Assembly: GCA_947447955.1 (NCBI GenBank)
Contig: CANFLS010000012.1
Span: 2,946-66,945 of the forward strand
Length of the DNA: 64,000 nt
Source of the DNA: Flavobacteriales bacterium
Lineage (GTDB): Bacteria > Bacteroidota > Bacteroidia > NS11-12g > UBA955
Reading direction: 5' to 3'
The position numbers and the translations under genes are program-made. Shown piece by piece: positions 59,187-64,000 of this stretch. The notes under the pieces were generated by a model. It did no database searches. It saw only the letters and a program-made list of their open reading frames with translations, and had not been told where the DNA came from. Every line of letters starts with the position of its first letter. Position 1 is the first letter of the stretch.

Positions 59187-60027
59187 TTTCTTCTCTTAGT
59201 TTGCGTTTCTCAACACGTTTTGCAATATAAATACCTACCACATATAAAAACATCAACGGCATTCCAAGTAGCAATTGACTGAATATATCTGGTGAAGGAG
59301 TGGCAATACCTGCAATAATGAAAATAATTACCGCAGCATATCTCCAATATTTTCTTAAAAAAGCGGCATTCACCAAACCAATGGTTGCCAAAATATAAAT
59401 GAGTACAGGCAATTCAAATACCAAACCAGTAGCCAAACTCATAAAGGTTACAAATCCAGTTACACTTGATATGGTTATAATATTTTGGATACTATCATTC
59501 AATTTATATGATAATAAAAAATTCGTAGCTACGGGAACCAAAAAGAAATACGCAAACAAAACACCAGTGAAAAATAAGAATGAAACCACAAATAAGCTTC
59601 TTCTGGTTCTTTTGATTTCTTTTTGACTTAACGCTGGTCTAATAAAAGACCAAAGTTGATAGATGATATAAGGAAAAGCGATAATTACGCCCACTACCAA
59701 TGCAATTTTAAAGGCACTAACAAACTGTCCTTGAATTTGTTGACTTTGCATAGAAAGTGCTGGTGGTTGCCAACACAAACTGTTATTTCCCAATACAAAG
59801 TGACCCGCTTTACAAAAGAATTTATATCCCCAAAAATCTGGTTTAAAAGGACCTAAAATAACCATGTCGAATATTTTTTCTACCCAATAAAAAGTTACGC
59901 AGGTAGAAATTAAAACAGCATAAGCAATTCGTACTAAATGTTTTCTTAATTCATCGATGTGATCGAAGAAACCCATGTTTTTTTCATCAGGGAATACTTC
60001 ATCTACATCTACTTGGTCTAATGCCAT
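59179..60027 (-). CDS. tatC: twin-arginine translocase subunit TatC
   Basis: HIDELR, W-FIRPAL, FELP and TPSPD. Confidence 0.95.
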   Translation of the reverse strand: MALDQVDVDEVFPDEKNMGFFDHIDELRKHLVRIAYAVLISTCVTFYWVEKIFDMVILGPFKPDFWGYKFFCKAGHFVLGNNSLCWQPPALSMQSQQIQGQFVSAFKIALVVGVIIAFPYIIYQLWSFIRPALSQKEIKRTRRSLFVVSFLFFTGVLFAYFFLVPVATNFLLSYKLNDSIQNIITISSVTGFVTFMSLATGLVFELPVLIYILATIGLVNAAFLRKYWRYAAVIIFIIAGIATPSPDIFSQLLLGMPLMFLYVVGIYIAKRVEKRKLREENE

Positions 60028-60076
60028 GCTTCAAAGTTAGTTTAGAAAAATCAGATATTCGTTGAACCCGATTAAA

Positions 60077-60820
60077 TTACATCAACATTCCGCCACAAAC
60101 AGAAAGAGTTTGTCCGGTAATGTAAGTACTTAAATCAGATGCTAGGAACATACAAAGATTTGCAACATCTTCTGGACTACCGCCGCGTTTCAATGGAATG
60201 GTTTCCATCCACCCTTTTTTCACGTTTTCGTCAAGACCATGTGTCATTTCTGTTTCAATAAATCCAGGAGCAACAGCGTTACAACGGATATTTCTAGATC
60301 CCAATTCTTTGGCAATACTTTTTGTAAAACCAATCAAACCGGCTTTAGATGCCGCATAATTTGCTTGACCTCCATTTCCAGTAACCCCAACTACACTCGT
60401 CATATTGATAATAGAACCTGCCCTATTTCCTAAGAAATGCTTTAAAAATGCTTTTGTTAAATTAAATGCACTTTTCAAGTTGGTATCCATTACTTCATCC
60501 CATTGCTCTTCAGTCATCCTTAGCATTAATGTATCTCTGGTGATACCTGCATTGTTGATTAAAATATCAATTTTGCCAAAATCTGCCAAAACATCAGTTG
60601 CAAGGGTTTCGCTTTGTTTGAAATCAGCGGCATTGCTCTGATATCCTTTCACTTTTACTCCGTATTGAGCGGCCAATTCCGTTTCAAAAGCACGGGCTTT
60701 TTCAATAGAAGAAGCAAAGGTAAAGGCGATGTTGCAGCCATTTTTTGCAAAAACTTCAGCGATGCCTTTCCCGATTCCTCGAGAAGCACCAGTAATCAAT
60801 GCGGTTTTTCCTGAAAGCAT
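60077..60820 (-). CDS. fabG: 3-oxoacyl-ACP reductase
   Basis: TGASRGIG, NNAGITRD, GQANYAASKAG and YITGQ. Confidence 0.93.
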   Translation of the reverse strand: MLSGKTALITGASRGIGKGIAEVFAKNGCNIAFTFASSIEKARAFETELAAQYGVKVKGYQSNAADFKQSETLATDVLADFGKIDILINNAGITRDTLMLRMTEEQWDEVMDTNLKSAFNLTKAFLKHFLGNRAGSIINMTSVVGVTGNGGQANYAASKAGLIGFTKSIAKELGSRNIRCNAVAPGFIETEMTHGLDENVKKGWMETIPLKRGGSPEDVANLCMFLASDLSTYITGQTLSVCGGMLM

Positions 60821-60947
60821 GAGGCAAAATTAACCCCAAGTGTGCTAGAATTCAAATTTATTTTTGAGGGACAATTATTTCTTCTATGGATTTCATGACA
60901 TTTTGTACCCCTATATTTTCATGTTATCTTCGTAAACTATTCTTCCC

Positions 60948-63050
60948 ATGTCGCAGTTGTTAGATACCAAAATAGAATTCCTAAAAGGTGTAGGTCCACT
61001 CAAAGCAGAGGCCCTCAAATCTGAATTGGGAATTTTTACCGTTGGTGATTTAATAAGCCACTACCCTTTTCGACATGAAGATAGATCTAAAATTTATACG
61101 GTTTCTGAAATTCAAGGGCAAGAAGACATCTATGTTCAATTGAGAGGAAAGATATTCCCTCAAGGAATTTTGGGTATAGGGCCTGCCAGAAGATTTACCG
61201 CAACTTTTAGAGACCATAGCGGAGAAATTGAATTGGTTTGGTTTAAATCCATCAGTTACATTGAAAAATATCTCACCCCGGGTAGCTTCTTTCTAATTCA
61301 TGGAAAAATAACCAATTATAAGGGGAAAGTAAACATGGCTCACCCAGAGCTAGAAGTACTAACCGACGATTTTAATCCCTCAAGTCTTGGATTAACACCA
61401 GTTTATCCTTTAACCGAAGGATTAAAACGAAAAAAGATTGAAAATAAGTTGCTCACACAACTGACCAAACAAATAGTTACCCTTCCTCAATTTCAAGTTC
61501 CAGAATGTTTGCCCGTGAGCATCATTCAAAAATTTAAATTCGTTTCTAGAACGCAAGCACTGACCGATTTGCATTTCCCTCCCAATTTAACCCGCTTGGA
61601 AGATGCAAAACGCAGATTGAAGTTCGACGAATTATTTTATTTACAACTTAGACATTTGCAATTAAAAGGCAATAGAAACAGGGTTATTCGGGGATTGGTT
61701 TTTGAACAGGTTGGAGAACACTTTAATGATTTTTACAACAATTATCTGCCATTTTCACTTACAAATGCCCAGAAAAGAGTGTTAAAAGAAATTCGTTCAG
61801 ATGTAAAAACCGGAAGGCAAATGAATCGTTTGCTACAAGGCGATGTGGGTAGTGGCAAAACCATGGTTGCAATGTTGGCAATGCTTTTAAGTTTAGACAA
61901 TGGCTACCAAGCTTGTTTAATGGCACCTACTGAGATTTTAGCCATTCAACATTCCATTTCCATTGGAGAATGGATGGAACACATGAATGTGAAGGTTGCA
62001 TTATTAACAGGTTCAACCACGAAGAAAAACAGACGCGAAATTCTTGAAAAACTGACCAATGGCGAAATCGATATCCTCATAGGAACCCATGCCCTTTTAG
62101 AGGAAGATGTGGCATTTCAAAAATTGGGATTCGTTGTAATTGATGAACAACACCGCTTTGGGGTTGCCCAAAGGGCCCGTTTATGGAAAAAAGGACAAGT
62201 TGCGCCGCATATCTTGGTTATGACGGCTACCCCAATTCCAAGAACCTTGGCAATGACCGTTTATGGAGATTTAGATGTCAGCGTTATTGACGAAATGCCA
62301 GCCGGCAGAAAACCCATTGTAACGGTACAACGTCATGAAAGTACAAGACCGCTTTTTATGGATTTTTTGAGGGACGAAGTTGCAAAAGGCCGACAAGTAT
62401 ATTATGTATTTCCTTTGATTGAAGACTCAGAGAAATTGGCATTGAAAAGCTTAATGTCAGGATATGATATGGTTGCCGATTACCTCCCTACTCCCAAATT
62501 CAAGTATAGCTTTTTACATGGCAAAATGAAGCCAGCCGACAAAGAATCGGAAATGAAAAAGTTCAAACTCGGCCAAACCGATATTATGGTGGCAACAACC
62601 GTAATCGAAGTGGGTGTAAATGTTCCGAATGCATCGGTTATGGTAATTGAAAATGCCGAACGTTTTGGACTTGCTCAATTGCACCAATTAAGAGGACGTG
62701 TTGGTAGGGGTGCTGAACAAAGTTTCTGCATTTTGGTAACAGGAGATAAACTCTCCGAATCTGGAAGAAAACGCATCAAAACCATGGTGAGAACCAACGA
62801 TGGATTTGAAATTGCAAAAGTAGATTTGGAATTAAGGGGTCCGGGTGAATTGGATGGCACAAAGCAAAGCGGAGTGCTTGATTTGAAGCTTGCTGACATC
62901 AGATTTGACGAAAGTATACTCATAGCAGCAAGAAATGAGGCCGTTTTATGGTTGGAAAAAGATGAACTCTTAATGCAAGAAGAAAGTGCACCAATACGTT
63001 ATGAACTAGGCAAAACACCAAATCGTACAATTTGGAGTAAAATAAGTTAA
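60948..63050 (+). CDS. recG: ATP-dependent DNA helicase RecG
   Basis: QGDVGSGKT, DEQHRFG, MTATPIPR and QLRGRVGRG. Confidence 0.98.
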   Translation: MSQLLDTKIEFLKGVGPLKAEALKSELGIFTVGDLISHYPFRHEDRSKIYTVSEIQGQEDIYVQLRGKIFPQGILGIGPARRFTATFRDHSGEIELVWFKSISYIEKYLTPGSFFLIHGKITNYKGKVNMAHPELEVLTDDFNPSSLGLTPVYPLTEGLKRKKIENKLLTQLTKQIVTLPQFQVPECLPVSIIQKFKFVSRTQALTDLHFPPNLTRLEDAKRRLKFDELFYLQLRHLQLKGNRNRVIRGLVFEQVGEHFNDFYNNYLPFSLTNAQKRVLKEIRSDVKTGRQMNRLLQGDVGSGKTMVAMLAMLLSLDNGYQACLMAPTEILAIQHSISIGEWMEHMNVKVALLTGSTTKKNRREILEKLTNGEIDILIGTHALLEEDVAFQKLGFVVIDEQHRFGVAQRARLWKKGQVAPHILVMTATPIPRTLAMTVYGDLDVSVIDEMPAGRKPIVTVQRHESTRPLFMDFLRDEVAKGRQVYYVFPLIEDSEKLALKSLMSGYDMVADYLPTPKFKYSFLHGKMKPADKESEMKKFKLGQTDIMVATTVIEVGVNVPNASVMVIENAERFGLAQLHQLRGRVGRGAEQSFCILVTGDKLSESGRKRIKTMVRTNDGFEIAKVDLELRGPGELDGTKQSGVLDLKLADIRFDESILIAARNEAVLWLEKDELLMQEESAPIRYELGKTPNRTIWSKIS

Positions 63051-63097
63051 TCTTAATACGTAAAGCCATTTTTTTCATTTAATTTTACAGCATAAAA

Positions 63098-63862
63098 ATG
63101 AATTTAATATCTGAAATTGGTCGATTTGTCATATTCATGAAGTTTGTACTTCATAGACCCGAAAAAGCAAGAGTATTTTGGAAAATTACATTTCGTGAGA
63201 TGTACCTCATTGGTATTGACTCCTTGTTAATTGTTATTTTAATTGCAACATTTACGGGAGCGGTAACAACTATTCAAACTGCAAATCAATTATTGTCACC
63301 AAGCGACCTCTATCCTACTCAGTTAATGCCAAAATTTGTAATTGGTGCAGTTGTAGGAACCAGTTCTCTTTTAGAATTGGCTCCCACGGTAACATGTTTG
63401 GTATTGGCCGGGAAAATTGGCGCCAACATTGCATCAGAAATTGGAAACATGAAGGTTTCAGAACAAATTGATGCGTATGAAGTTATGGGCATTAACTCTG
63501 CTAGTTTTGTAGCCTTACCTAAAATTGTTGCTGGTTTAATCATGATTCCTTGCTTGATTATCATTGCAAACTTCTTGTTATTATACGGTGGAGTTTTGGC
63601 TTGCTCAGCAACCACATCACTCACTGCCGATAATTTAATTGAAGGTGCAAGGCTGGTTTTTAAACCATTGTACTTAAAAGTAATGCTTACCAAATCATTC
63701 ATTTTTGCATTCCTAATTACCAGTTTGAGTGCTTTTCAAGGGTATTACACCACCGGTGGAGCCTTGGAAGTTGGTATTGCAGGTACCAAAGCCGTAACGA
63801 AAATTTGTATTTTCATTCTGTTTTTTGATTTGATCATCGCCCAATTGTTTTTGAAATCATGA
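63098..63862 (+). CDS. MlaE family ABC transporter permease
   Basis: ELAP...AGKIGANIASEIGNMKVSEQIDA. Confidence 0.92.
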   Translation: MNLISEIGRFVIFMKFVLHRPEKARVFWKITFREMYLIGIDSLLIVILIATFTGAVTTIQTANQLLSPSDLYPTQLMPKFVIGAVVGTSSLLELAPTVTCLVLAGKIGANIASEIGNMKVSEQIDAYEVMGINSASFVALPKIVAGLIMIPCLIIIANFLLLYGGVLACSATTSLTADNLIEGARLVFKPLYLKVMLTKSFIFAFLITSLSAFQGYYTTGGALEVGIAGTKAVTKICIFILFFDLIIAQLFLKS

Positions 63863-64000
63863 TAAAAATTGAACATCTTGATAAATGGTTTGACGACCGT
63901 CAAATTTTGTTCGATATCAATACTGAATTTAAACCAGGAGTTGCTAACCTTGTTATTGGAGCTAGCGGCAGTGGCAAAAGTGTATTAATCAAATGCATGG
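63859..64000 (+). CDS. MlaF-type ABC transporter ATP-binding protein, partial
   Basis: MIKIEHLDKWF...IGASGSGKSVLIKCM Walker A; truncated by the window end. Confidence 0.85.
   Translation, partial: MIKIEHLDKWFDDRQILFDINTEFKPGVANLVIGASGSGKSVLIKCM

Noticed and set aside
725..63702. Numerous 60-150 aa ORFs antisense to or nested in long genes
   Set aside because: Shadow ORFs of well-supported genes with no recognisable motifs.
1..64000. tRNA, rRNA, riboswitch or IS transposase
   Set aside because: None recognised by eye. An Rfam/ISfinder scan was not possible, so small RNAs could have been missed.

Overview
AT-rich chromosomal window from a Bacteroidota bacterium, judged from the SusC/SusD pair, T9SS PorP/SprF, a GldB-like lipoprotein and TAnnTTTG promoter boxes. 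Left part (3.4-22.2 kb): a probable beta-1,3-glucan (laminarin-type) utilisation locus in two blocks split by a large T9SS-secreted beta-helix/PKD protein. Block 1 is SusC-SusD-lipoprotein-GH16. Block 2 is a GH-A clan (GH158/GH2-TIM-like) hydrolase, two unannotated ~600-aa outer-membrane proteins, two CBM-like proteins and a second GH16. Centre (28.4-36.3 kb, between alaS and pckA): an accessory hotspot with an AAA+/DUF4143 ATPase, a Fic protein and six same-strand orphan genes, several preceded by polymorphic-toxin remnants (an RHS core and an Ntox44-like tail fused in frame to a duplicated alaS promoter/start). The rest is housekeeping (rsmG, alaS, pckA, msrA, nadE, dnaG, miaE, rpiB, tatC, fabG, recG, mlaE/F). 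The most unusual signal is a family of composite intergenic elements at nine sites. They are built from a 9-mer tandem repeat (TTAGACRGA), a 10-mer GTTTAT repeat, arrays of RTAAAC/GTCAAC/CTAAAC cores each followed by a covarying GNA-loop mini-hairpin, and an 18-bp palindrome. They often start exactly at stop codons and delimit the accessory cargo. No rRNA, tRNA, CRISPR-Cas, transposase or integrase was recognised. All annotation is by eye; no database searches were run.
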